Program-made: the position numbers and the translations under genes
Origin: an uncultured delta proteobacterium
GTDB lineage: Bacteria; Myxococcota_A; Polyangia; Fen-1088
Length of the DNA: 64,000 bases
NCBI GenBank assembly: GCA_963737265.1
Contig: CAVTRY010000018.1
Coordinates: 32,001-96,000 of the forward strand
Reading direction: 5' to 3'
In this document: positions 1 through 9,205 of the stretch, piece after piece
Numbering within the stretch: the stretch's first letter is position 1
Layout of the letters: each line of letters opens with the position of its first letter
The notes under the pieces: model-generated
The model's database searches: none
What the model was told of the DNA's origin: nothing
What the model saw: only the letters and a program-made list of their open reading frames with translations

Positions 1-141
1 TTTTTCGTTCCCGCTTTGTTCGTGTTCATCGAACGCATCGGTGGGCACAAGGATGTCGCGCCCGTGGCCGCCGCGCCCGCCGCCGTGTCGGATACGGGGG
101 CCGTGGCAAGCGGGCCGGTTCGCCTCTTGGGGGGCGAGTAA
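1..141 (+). CDS. C-terminal end of probable RND efflux permease (partial)
   Basis: Frame 1 reads FFVPALFVFIERIGG...LLGGE* (TAA 139-141), resembling the last TM helix of RND permeases; directly upstream of a TolC-family gene. Confidence 0.6.
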   Translation, partial: FFVPALFVFIERIGGHKDVAPVAAAPAAVSDTGAVASGPVRLLGGE

Positions 142-143
142 CC

Positions 144-1433
144 GTGGCGGCGCTTTTCCGCCCCAAGATTGGCGTGGCACCGGTTTTGGTATCCCTCTTG
201 GCGCTGGCCTCGACCAATGCTCGTGCCCAGGCCCCGAGGACCATCCGCGTGACTTGGCAGCAGGCGCTCGATCGGGCGGCTGCACGCAATCCATCGGCCT
301 ACGTTGCCCAGCAGGAGATCGCGCGTGCCGACGCCCTGGTTCGGGAAGCACGGGCGGGCTGGCTGCCCATCTTGACCGGAAATGGATCGTATGTCCGCCT
401 CGATTCGGCGCGCTCGTTTGCCGGCACCGTGACGACGCCTATCGCCGAGTGGAACGGGAACATCCAACTGACCGTGCCGCTGGTGGCGCCGTCGGCGTGG
501 GCCAGCGACTGGCACGCTCAAGACAACCGCACGCTGGCCACCGCGAGCGCCGCCGACGTACGCCGCCAACTGGCCACCGCCGTCGGCCGCGTCTATCTGA
601 CCGTTCTGTTACAACACCGTCAATTTGAAGTGGCGGCGCGTGCCCGCGACACTGCGCGCTCGCACTACGACTACGCGCACACGCGCCTGGGACTGGGGCT
701 GGGCAATGGCGTCGACGATGCGCGCGCAGAGCAAGAGCTGCGCACCGACGACGCTCAGCTCAAGGACGCCGAAACCGCGCTGGTGCGGGCGCAGAGCGCA
801 CTCGCGACCCTGCTATCCGAAGAGGATCTGGTGGATGTGGCCGATGCCTTCGATTTGGCCGCCGCTCCCGCGCCGGACACAGCGCTCGACAATGCGCGAA
901 GCCGCAGGGCGGACGTGCGTGTGCTGGAGGCGCGCCGGAACGCCAGCGCGCATCTGCGGCGCGATGATTGGGTCTACTACGCGCCCTCGTTGCTCGCGCA
1001 AGCGCAGGCATTCAGAGAGACCGAATCGGCGCTTCAACCTGGGAGTGGTTGGCAGATAGCGGTGGTGCTCTCCATCCCCTTTTACGACGGAGGAATGCGC
1101 TACGGCGTGCGCAGAGAGCGAGACGCTGTGGACGAGGAAGCACGCGCGCAGCTCGAAGCGGGCCTGCGCCAAGTGAGCGTCGAGGTTCGTACCGCTTTCC
1201 GAGTCGTCGCCAACGCGGACGAGAGTCTGCGCTCCGCTCGCGACGCCGCCGCCGCGGCCACCACCGCGGCGGTGCTGGCCGACAAGTCCTATCGCGGGGG
1301 CGCCAGTACCAACATCGAAGTGGTCGACGCCGAACGCCGCGCCCACGACGCGGATTCGGCCGTGGCCCTGGCCGAGGACGCCGCTCGGCAGGCGCGCCTC
1401 GATTTGTTGGTCGCAACCGGCGTCTTTCCCTGA
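144..1433 (+). CDS. TolC-family outer membrane efflux protein
   Basis: Signal peptide, two OEP-like repeats, 'SIPFYDGG' and 'YRGGASTNIEVVDAER...DLLVATG' C-terminal pattern. Confidence 0.9.
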   Translation: MAALFRPKIGVAPVLVSLLALASTNARAQAPRTIRVTWQQALDRAAARNPSAYVAQQEIARADALVREARAGWLPILTGNGSYVRLDSARSFAGTVTTPIAEWNGNIQLTVPLVAPSAWASDWHAQDNRTLATASAADVRRQLATAVGRVYLTVLLQHRQFEVAARARDTARSHYDYAHTRLGLGLGNGVDDARAEQELRTDDAQLKDAETALVRAQSALATLLSEEDLVDVADAFDLAAAPAPDTALDNARSRRADVRVLEARRNASAHLRRDDWVYYAPSLLAQAQAFRETESALQPGSGWQIAVVLSIPFYDGGMRYGVRRERDAVDEEARAQLEAGLRQVSVEVRTAFRVVANADESLRSARDAAAAATTAAVLADKSYRGGASTNIEVVDAERRAHDADSAVALAEDAARQARLDLLVATGVFP

Positions 1434-2114
1434 GTGCATCAGCGGCAGCCTTTCGGATTTCGATCCAGGGACATCCTGGGCCTGCTGTTCCTCAAGCGGC
1501 TGTCGGATCGCTTCGAGGAGGAATGCGAGGCGCTCCAGGGCAACCGGAACGCCAACCCGGAAGATCCCGACGAGCACGACTTCTTCGTGCCCAAGAAGGC
1601 TCGCTGGGCCGAGCTGCAAAAGACGGCGACCAACATCGGCGAGGCTTTGAACAAGGCGTGCTCGGCCCTGGAAGACGCCAACCCGAAGACCCTGGAAGGG
1701 GTGCTGGCGGGCATCGACTACAACGACGAGCGACGGCTTGGCGACAATCGCAACCGCGACAACGTCCTTTCCCGCCTGGTGCAGCACTTCTCGCGCGTGA
1801 ACCTGCGCAACGCGAACCTGTCCGAGCACGACCTGCTGGGGCGCGCCTACGAGTATCTTATCGAGAAGTTCGCCGCCGACGCCGGCAAAAAGGGCGGGGA
1901 GTTCTACACGCCCAAGAAGGTCGTGGAGCTCATCGTCGCCATCTTGCAGCCCCAGGCGGGCATGCGCATCTGCGACCCCACCGCGGGCTCGGTCGGCATG
2001 CTCATCGCGTGCGCCCACTACATCGAGGACCACGGCGGCAACCCGAAGCTGCACAACCTCCCCGGCGCGCGCATCGAGAAGGGCGACACCTTGTGGCGAA
2101 CATTCAAGACCTGA
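1434..2114 (+). pseudogene. hsdM: Type I RM methyltransferase HsdM remnant (N-terminal half)
   Basis: ILGLLFLKRLSD, LGRAYEYLIEKFA, GEFYTP, ICDPTAGS motifs; NPPF catalytic region and C-terminus absent. Confidence 0.85.
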
Positions 2115-2194
2115 TCCGCCGAGTAGACATCGTGGGCGGGATCCTGGGACCGGTCGCCGCATTCAAGATGGCCCCGCGGTATGCAAGCACAAGC

Positions 2195-3797
2195 AGCAGC
2201 GGCATCGAGCAGCTCTTGCGTTACCAGGAGATCGGCGAGCACTACCGCGAGCTGGGCATACCCCGGCTTTTCGAGACGGTGCAGGTCTTGGTGGCCACGT
2301 GCGGGCAGGCGGCCAGCTTTGGCGCGGTGACCACGCCGCTGCGGTTCTTCGCCGAGTGGAAGAGCGCCTATCCAAGGAGCGAACGCGATGTGGAGAGACT
2401 GGTCAAGCGACCGCCCACGCCCCAGGACACGCAGCTCGCGGGCCTGCTTGCCCCTGAGGTACTGCTCGAACGTGTTCCGCAACTTCACCGTCTTCGAGCG
2501 CGACAACAAGACTGGGAAGACCATCCGAAAGATCCCGCGCTACCAACAGTACGGTGCCGTCTCGAAGGCCATCGCGCGTGCGGGAAATGCCAAACGCCCG
2601 ACAGGCCGGGGCGGCATCGTTTGGCATACCCAGGGCTCGGGCAAGAGCCTAACCATGCTTTGGCTGGCCATCAAGCTACGGCGGGACGAGGCGCACGAGA
2701 ACCCCACGCTGGTGCTGGTCACGGATCGCGTGGATCTCGACGAACAGATCGCCAAGACCTTCCAGGCCTGCGGCTTTCCCAACCCCCGGCGGGCCGAGTC
2801 GGTGCGCGAGTTGCGCGACCTTTTGCGCGGGCACCAACGACGACGAAGCCGACCTGGTCAAACACCACACCGACAAGGAGCAGCGCAAACGGCTGGTCGA
2901 GCGGTTCCTCAAGGCGACCGATCCGCTCTCCAGCCTGATTGTCTGCTGCGCGTGAAGGACAGAGACGACCTCAATGGCTGCGTAAACGTGCTTCTGCCCG
3001 AGGACGTGCGCGCCGAGTTCGCCGAGGCGTTCCGCCAATTCGCGCAGAGTCTGGACATGATCCTCCCCGATCCAAAGGGGCTGCCCTATGTCCGGGACTT
3101 CCGCTGGCTGGGCAAGATTCGCAAGGCGGCCTCGGCCAGGTTCCAGGATCCAAGCCTCGACATCTCGGATTGCGCGCCCAAGGTGCGGAAGCTCATCGAG
3201 GACGCGATCGTGGCCGAGGGCATCCAAATCCTGGTGCAGAGGGTGAGCCTGTTCACGCCCGAGTTCGACGAGAAGCTGAAGGCGCTCAAGAGCGACGATG
3301 CGAAGGCGTCGGAAATGGAGCACGCGATCAAGAACGAGATCCACGTCAAGCTCAACGAGGATCCGGCGTACTACCTGTCACTTCGCCAACGCCTGGAAGA
3401 GATCATCGAGTCGCGCAAGGCCCGGCGAATCGACTCGGCCAAGCAGCTCGAACTCTTGCAAGCCATCGTCAAAGACCTGAAGGGACCAACCGAGCAAGCC
3501 GGAAAGCTCGGGCTTTCTTCGACGGGGTTCGCCCTGTACGGCCTGCTTCACGAGGGCAAGGCGTCGCTGGCGTCCGTTGGGGCTGCGCCGAGCTACGGTG
3601 ACAAGCCGGACGAATCGAAGGTGGCGCTTGCGACAATCTTGGAAGAGGCGGTGGCCCCCCACGTCGGCATTGTGGATTGGGTGAGCCGCGAGGACGTGCA
3701 GAAGGATATGCGGCGCCTGGTGAAGCGGCAGCTCCGCGCTGCCCACACGCCCGAGGACAAGCTCAACGGCTTGGCCGAGCAGTTGGTGGACCTTTTG
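2195..3797 (+). pseudogene. hsdR: Type I RM restriction subunit HsdR remnant with frameshifts and internal deletions
   Basis: QLLRYQ, PRYQQY, GIVWHTQGSGKSLTM, LVLVTDRVDLDEQI motifs split over frames; central helicase motifs missing; C-terminal region (VDWVSREDVQKDMRR) retained. Confidence 0.85.
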
Positions 3798-4172
3798 AGA
3801 CCGCGCACTTGGGAAGACGAAGCGGCCGGTTTCCGTCACCGGCTGCAAGTCGCGAAGAATGGCCACCGCCTGCGTGGACAGGGGAACGATGTGTGGCGTC
3901 TTGGTCTTGCTGGTGGTGAAGCGCCATTCCGCCGTATCTAGGTCGATGCTGGCCCACTCGGCCGAGCGCAGCTCACCAGGACGCACGAAAACCAGCGGCG
4001 CCAGTCGGACCGCGGCCATGACAACCGGCGTACCTTTGTAGCCGTCGAGGATGCGCAGGAGTTCGGCAACCCGCGCGGGTTCGGTGACGGCGGCGAAGTG
4101 ACTCCCGGTCACGGGCGCCAGCGCGCCACGCAGGTTAGCAGAAGGATCGCGCTCGGCGCGGCCGGTGGCTGG
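3795..4172 (-). pseudogene. P4-like tyrosine integrase fragment
   Basis: ERDPSANLRGAL...LAPLVFVRPGELRSAEW...KTKTPHIVPLSTQAVAIL...FVFPSAR; lacks N-terminus and HxxR/Tyr C-terminus; abuts tRNA 3' end. Confidence 0.85.
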
Positions 4173-4184
4173 AAGATATAACTG

Positions 4185-4256
4185 TAGGCGGGACAGGGAT
4201 TGAACCTGCGACCCGGCGCGTGTAAGGCGCCTGCTCTGCCGCTGAGCTACCCGCCT
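4185..4256 (-). tRNA. tRNA-Val (anticodon TAC), CCA not encoded
   Basis: Minus strand AGGCGGG-TA-GCTCAGCGGCAGAGC-A-GGCGC-CTTACAC-GCGCC-GGGTC-GCAGG-TTCAATC-CCTGT-CCCGCCT-A folds as a complete cloverleaf. Confidence 0.95.
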
Positions 4257-4286
4257 GCGGGGGCGGTAAGTGTACACAAGCGCGGG

Positions 4287-5153
4287 CTAGAAGGTAAGTC
4301 CAAGACCGCCGCCGCCGGGGAAGAAAAACAGCGAGACTGGCGCCTTGCTTTCATCGATGGGCCTGCTGTATCCAACCAGACCGTCGATGACGCCGTAGAC
4401 ATAGGTTGCCGTGAAAACGCCCACGGCAATCCAGTTCGTCGTCTTCAGTCCCATCGCGACGTCGTAACCGTGGCGATACAAATCGCCGTGCTGATGCCAG
4501 GACCGCAGCAGCAGCAACGACGTGGAGGAGGTGGCGAGCGAGACGACGCCCACGCTGAGGATCCCCCAGCCTTTGACGTTGTCGTCGTTCTTGAATTGTC
4601 CGACCGGAGGCAAGAAATTCCAGTAGGGATGCCGATCGGAGCGCTGGCGCACCAGATGTTGGTGGCGCAGGCTTTCGAAGAACTCGACCAGCTCGGGTCG
4701 AGTGGTGGTTGGGTCGAGTCGCGCTTTGGGATCCTTGCGCAGAAGCTCGGTGAAGGCCGTTTCTGCTCCCAGCGGACGGTTGGTCAGGTATAGGCCGATG
4801 CCCAGCAGGCGGAAGGCCTGTGTCTGTTCTTCGGGAGAAGCAGGCAGAAGGCCCTCGGCCACGGGACGGGCTGCTTCGACGACCTGGTTCATGTCGCCAT
4901 ATTCGTAAGCGGCAACTGCCCGAACCAGGGCAGCGGAAGCGTCCTTGGGCAGGCTATTCGGCGTTTGCGTCGACGGAGCCTTTTGCGCTGCTGGCTCGCC
5001 GTCGTCGGTGTCGAGCGAAATCTCGGGATGCAAGGAATTTCCGGTTGCCGGTGTTCCCCTGGGCGCCGGGGTTTCCTTGGCCAGCAGTGGGGCCGGGTAG
5101 GCGAGGCACACCAGGGCAGCTAGGACCACGGCCGTATGGGATGCTCCTCTCAT
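4287..5153 (-). CDS. Secreted/membrane TPR-like protein
   Basis: Signal peptide, helical TPR-like segment, C-terminal hydrophobic helices ending GGGGLGLTF. Confidence 0.65.
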   Translation of the reverse strand: MRGASHTAVVLAALVCLAYPAPLLAKETPAPRGTPATGNSLHPEISLDTDDGEPAAQKAPSTQTPNSLPKDASAALVRAVAAYEYGDMNQVVEAARPVAEGLLPASPEEQTQAFRLLGIGLYLTNRPLGAETAFTELLRKDPKARLDPTTTRPELVEFFESLRHQHLVRQRSDRHPYWNFLPPVGQFKNDDNVKGWGILSVGVVSLATSSTSLLLLRSWHQHGDLYRHGYDVAMGLKTTNWIAVGVFTATYVYGVIDGLVGYSRPIDESKAPVSLFFFPGGGGLGLTF

Positions 5154-5218
5154 CGATCTGCACGGCAATTGGCGCAGACCTTGCGCCTCTAGTCAATCGC
5201 TGGATTGTCGATTCGCAT

Positions 5219-6955
5219 TCATTTCGGGCGCGCGACGGCGAGCCGGCCGTCTTGTTCCGTCACCGTTCGTTCGATTCTCCCGCCCGGGGGCAGCTCGACC
5301 TCGCCGACAAATTCCCTCGGGCTCTGCTTGCCGCGGGAGCAATAGACCTTGTGCTTGCCTGGCGGGATGTCGTGGAAGACCGGCATCAGATCGCGCGCAG
5401 GATGCTCGTCGAGGCTTGGATAGCAGAAGCCACCCTTGGCGAAGAGCGCAATGGTTCCCGCGCGCGGCTGCGGCTTTTCTTGGGCTGGCGTGGGCTCTGG
5501 CTCGGGGACCGGCGCCTCCGGTGGCGGAAGGGCGCGCGTGGCACTCGCGGTCCGCGTAATTGCGGAGCCCGGCCCCGCTTCGCGTCGCTGGCGCCATCCA
5601 CGAATTTTTTCCACGGCCGGAACGACCGGTGTCGAGGCTAGGCTGGATCGGGCGGGTTGTGCGGCGACGGGTGGCGGCGTGGGCACTGCCGGCGATGTGA
5701 CAGGTGTCGGGGGCGGCTTGCGCGCAAGCCGCGGCTTGGCGAGCCACACGATTCCGAGCGCGACCAGTAGCCCCACCAGGACCACAGCCAACTTGATGAT
5801 CAGTCGACCTGCGGAAAGCCGCTTGAGTAGTCTCTCGGCGCCGGCGTGATTGGGGACGTAGGCCGTGGCGTGGCCGATCTCTGTCAGGGCTCGGGCAAGC
5901 TGGCCGTGTCGCACGTGCTGTCGTGCGCGAGCGAGCGCGGCATCGGCGACGCGAGGACGAAGCTCGGCAAGAGCGGCCTCGGGATCGGCGAGAAATCGCC
6001 GCAAAGCTTGCGGTTCGGGCGCCAGTCCGGCGGCGCTGGTGAAGGCGCGCAAGTCGGAGGCCAGGACCGTTGCGCCGGGGTAGCGGTCCGCAGGGTCGGC
6101 CTTTAAGCAGCGCATGATCAGCGGCTCGAAATCCGGCCCTACTGTCGCGACCACTTGCGACGGTCGGCGGAAAGTCCCGCGCAGGATCGCGGCAATCATG
6201 GTGAAGGGATCCTTGCCGGCAAAGGGCGGAATGCCGGTGACCATCTCGTACAACATGGCGCCCAGCGACCAGATGTCGGATGCCGGCGAGACGTCGTGGC
6301 CGCGCGACTGTTCGGGCGACATATAGGCGGGCGAACCCACCAGCGCGCCGGTGGCGGTCATGGTTTCCATGCCGGTGATGTGGGCCACGCCAAAATCCGT
6401 CAGCACCACGCGGCTGCTATCGCCGCTTGATTCGATCATCACGTTGTCCGGTTTCACGTCCCGGTGAACCACGCCGCGCTCGTGCGCCACCGCCAACGCC
6501 TCGGCCAACGGCAGGGCAATCATGGCGGCGCTCTCGGGCAAAAGGCGACCGCAGTGGTCTTCAAGAACCTTGCGCAGGGTGGGGCCTTGGATCAGCTCGG
6601 CGACGATGTAGCTCGGCTCGTCGTCGGTGGCGCTGACGAAGTCGTAGATCTCGAGGATCCCGGGATGTTTGAGCGCGGCCACGGCATGGGCTTCGCGCCG
6701 GAAGCGCTCGCCCGCTCCTCCGCGCGCCGCATGGGCCATGGTCATCACTTTGAGCGCGACGTCGCGCCCAAGCTGGGTGTCACGCGCGCGGAAAACCGTC
6801 GCCATGGCACCGTGTCCAAGGGTCGAGATTATCTGGTAGCGGCTGGGGGTAGCGCCAACTTTGGCCAAGACCGGAGCGGTCGCAAACGCACGGTCAGGCG
6901 ACAGCGATCCAGCATCCAAATTCCCTTCGCCCGGGCCCTTGGATGCCGCGGTCAT
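5219..6955 (-). CDS. Membrane Ser/Thr protein kinase
   Basis: LGHGAMATV, VALK, HRDVKPDN, DFG, YMSPE; TM helix and Pro-rich tail. Confidence 0.95.
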   Translation of the reverse strand: MTAASKGPGEGNLDAGSLSPDRAFATAPVLAKVGATPSRYQIISTLGHGAMATVFRARDTQLGRDVALKVMTMAHAARGGAGERFRREAHAVAALKHPGILEIYDFVSATDDEPSYIVAELIQGPTLRKVLEDHCGRLLPESAAMIALPLAEALAVAHERGVVHRDVKPDNVMIESSGDSSRVVLTDFGVAHITGMETMTATGALVGSPAYMSPEQSRGHDVSPASDIWSLGAMLYEMVTGIPPFAGKDPFTMIAAILRGTFRRPSQVVATVGPDFEPLIMRCLKADPADRYPGATVLASDLRAFTSAAGLAPEPQALRRFLADPEAALAELRPRVADAALARARQHVRHGQLARALTEIGHATAYVPNHAGAERLLKRLSAGRLIIKLAVVLVGLLVALGIVWLAKPRLARKPPPTPVTSPAVPTPPPVAAQPARSSLASTPVVPAVEKIRGWRQRREAGPGSAITRTASATRALPPPEAPVPEPEPTPAQEKPQPRAGTIALFAKGGFCYPSLDEHPARDLMPVFHDIPPGKHKVYCSRGKQSPREFVGEVELPPGGRIERTVTEQDGRLAVARPK

Positions 6956-7500
6956 GGCGACTTAACCCCCGGTCCGCCAGGCTTGCCCAGCGCGGCCTGG
7001 GCCTCGCCGAGTTTTTGGTTGATGATGGCCGTGTTGGGCTCGAAAGACCGCGCGAAGTTGAAATTCATCGTCGCGCCTTTGAAATCCTTACGGCCGAGGG
7101 AAATCATGCCCAACCGAAAGAACTTCTTGGCTTCCTCGTGCTTGATGGTGTCTTCGGGATTTTGCGGCGCGCGCGATTCTCTGTCCGTGCTGGTCAGTCT
7201 CATTTTTCCGTCGGCCAGGGCGCGTGCGTAGGCCACGCGTTTTTCGGGCGTCGTCAGGATGCGATAGCCCTCGCAAATGCGGGCGTAAATGGTCTCCAGG
7301 CGCTCCTTCAAATCGCGGTTGTCGAGCGCGTGGTAGCGGTCCGGATGCAGGTCATTCGATACGCGGTAGAACGCCGCGCGAATCTCCGACTGCGACGTCC
7401 CGGGCGAAACGGCAAGCAAGTCATAGTAGGAAAGGCGATCGAGCTTTCTGAACGTCTGCTCGACGAAGGCTGCAAGTTGATCGGGTGTTAGAGCGGGCAT
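6952..7500 (-). CDS. J-domain protein with C-terminal TPR
   Basis: YYDLLAV...IRAAFYR...LHPD J-domain signature. Confidence 0.9.
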   Translation of the reverse strand: MPALTPDQLAAFVEQTFRKLDRLSYYDLLAVSPGTSQSEIRAAFYRVSNDLHPDRYHALDNRDLKERLETIYARICEGYRILTTPEKRVAYARALADGKMRLTSTDRESRAPQNPEDTIKHEEAKKFFRLGMISLGRKDFKGATMNFNFARSFEPNTAIINQKLGEAQAALGKPGGPGVKSP

Positions 7501-7510
7501 GGACGGCTAC

Positions 7511-9121
7511 CTATTCCAATACCTCGGGATCGAGGATCTCCGGCAACCCAGAACCTTCCTCGGATTTATGGCGTTCCAGTGCTTCTGCCACTTCCACGTC
7601 GGTCATGCCACCGCGGACGTTGACGGCGGCCTCGCGAGCGACTCCGGTTGTGGCGTCGCGCGCACGCACGCGCAGGATGCCGTCGGTGTCCACGCGGAAG
7701 GTGACCTCGATGGCGACTTCGCCTCGTCGGGCGGGCGGAATTCCGCTCAGCTCTAGCTCGCCGAGCGGGACGTTTCCGTCGAAGCGGCGCGATTCGCCCT
7801 GGCACACCTGGATGCGCACTGAGCTTTGCTGATCGGCCGAGGTGGTGAAGATGCGCGTTTGCTCGACCGGAACAGGGACGTTGCGGTCGACAATGCGCTC
7901 GGCGAAGCCGCCGGTGACGGCGATGCCGAGCGCCCGAGGCGTGACGTCGAGAAGCACGGCGCGACTGGCCAGGTTGTCGCCGGCGTGGGCAAGGTTTTCG
8001 GCTTGAATCGCGGCGCCCCAGGCCACGACTTCGTCGGGGTTCAGATCGGTGCGCGGCGGGCGACCGAAGTGGCGCTCGACTTCGGCGCGTACCATGGGCA
8101 CCCGCGTTGTGCCGCCGACCAAGATGACCTCGTCGATTTGCGAGGCCGCGAGTCCAACCGATGCTAGGACTTCTTGGCTGGTCTGGATGGTGCGCATGAC
8201 CAGGCCACGGACGGCGGTCTCGAATACGTTGCGGGCGATGTGAAAGCGCAAGGCGAGCTGCTCGCCCCGGCTTCCGACGGCGATGTTCTTGAGCTCGCCG
8301 CGCGCCTCGGTGAAGTCGGACAGATGGCGTTTCACCTGCTCGGCGGCGATGAGCAGGCGCGCACAGGCGGCCTGGTCGGTGCGCGGGTCGAGACCGTGCT
8401 CGGCGCGAAACAGCTCGGCCAGGATGTTGAGCAAGGCGGTGTCCATGTCGTCGCCGCCGAGGAAGGTGTCGCCGCCGGTCGCCAGCACTTCGAAGACGTC
8501 GCCTTCGACTTGCAAGACGGTGATGTCGAAGGTGCCGCCGCCGAAGTCGTAAACCGCGATCCGTTGCGACATGTTCTGGCCGAGGCCGTAGGCCAGCGCG
8601 GCGGCGGTCGGTTCGTTGAGCACGCGCAAAACGTCGAGACCGGCGATGCGGCCGGCATCGATGGTGGCTCGGCGTTGGGCATCGTTGAAATTCGCCGGCA
8701 CCGTGATCACGGCGCCGGTCACAGTATCGCTGAGGAAGAGCTCGGCGCACTGGCGCAGGTAGCCGAGCAGAAGTCCGGAAACTTCGGGAATTGTGTAGGT
8801 TCGATCGGGCCCGACAAACACGGCCTGTTCGTTGTTGCCCTCGCGCAGCTCATAGGGCAGGCGTGTGATGGCCTTCTGAACTTCGTCGGAGCGAAACGGG
8901 AGGCCCATCAGGCGCTTGCCGGAATAGACGGTGTTCTTGGGATCGACGATCCGGCGCGCCACCGCCTCGCGCGAGAAGTATTTCAGGCCGTCCGACGAGA
9001 ACGAAACCACCGAAGGATGCAAGTAGCCGCCGTGGGTGGCCGGAACGACCACCACCTGGGCGTCGCGCACGGTCGCAATCACGGAGTTCGTCGTGCCGAG
9101 GTCGATTCCAACTACTGACAT
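7511..9121 (-). CDS. Hsp70/DnaK-family protein (short paralog)
   Basis: GIDLGTTNS, TVPANFNDAQR, NEPTAAALAYG, YDFGGGTFD, LVGGTTRVP; 536 aa, little of the lid region. Confidence 0.95.
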   Translation of the reverse strand: MSVVGIDLGTTNSVIATVRDAQVVVVPATHGGYLHPSVVSFSSDGLKYFSREAVARRIVDPKNTVYSGKRLMGLPFRSDEVQKAITRLPYELREGNNEQAVFVGPDRTYTIPEVSGLLLGYLRQCAELFLSDTVTGAVITVPANFNDAQRRATIDAGRIAGLDVLRVLNEPTAAALAYGLGQNMSQRIAVYDFGGGTFDITVLQVEGDVFEVLATGGDTFLGGDDMDTALLNILAELFRAEHGLDPRTDQAACARLLIAAEQVKRHLSDFTEARGELKNIAVGSRGEQLALRFHIARNVFETAVRGLVMRTIQTSQEVLASVGLAASQIDEVILVGGTTRVPMVRAEVERHFGRPPRTDLNPDEVVAWGAAIQAENLAHAGDNLASRAVLLDVTPRALGIAVTGGFAERIVDRNVPVPVEQTRIFTTSADQQSSVRIQVCQGESRRFDGNVPLGELELSGIPPARRGEVAIEVTFRVDTDGILRVRARDATTGVAREAAVNVRGGMTDVEVAEALERHKSEEGSGLPEILDPEVLE

Positions 9122-9205
9122 GGTCTGTTTGCTGCCGTGGGGGCGAATTTGGCCTCGTGCGATGATACCTCATCGCCACCCGAGAGCGAGAAAGGGAAGT
9201 GCGAG

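Noticed and set aside
1434-1470. Second att site for the tRNA-Val island
   Set aside because: No copy of the tRNA 3' end is visible near the left boundary
968-2938. 656-aa plus-strand ORF
   Set aside because: Mostly an alternative frame over tolC and hsdM; only about 2195-2465 is real HsdR sequence
5170-5185. Sigma54-like TGGCGC-AGACC-TTGCG on the plus strand
   Set aside because: Points antisense into the kinase gene with no plausible plus-strand target; likely chance at this GC content
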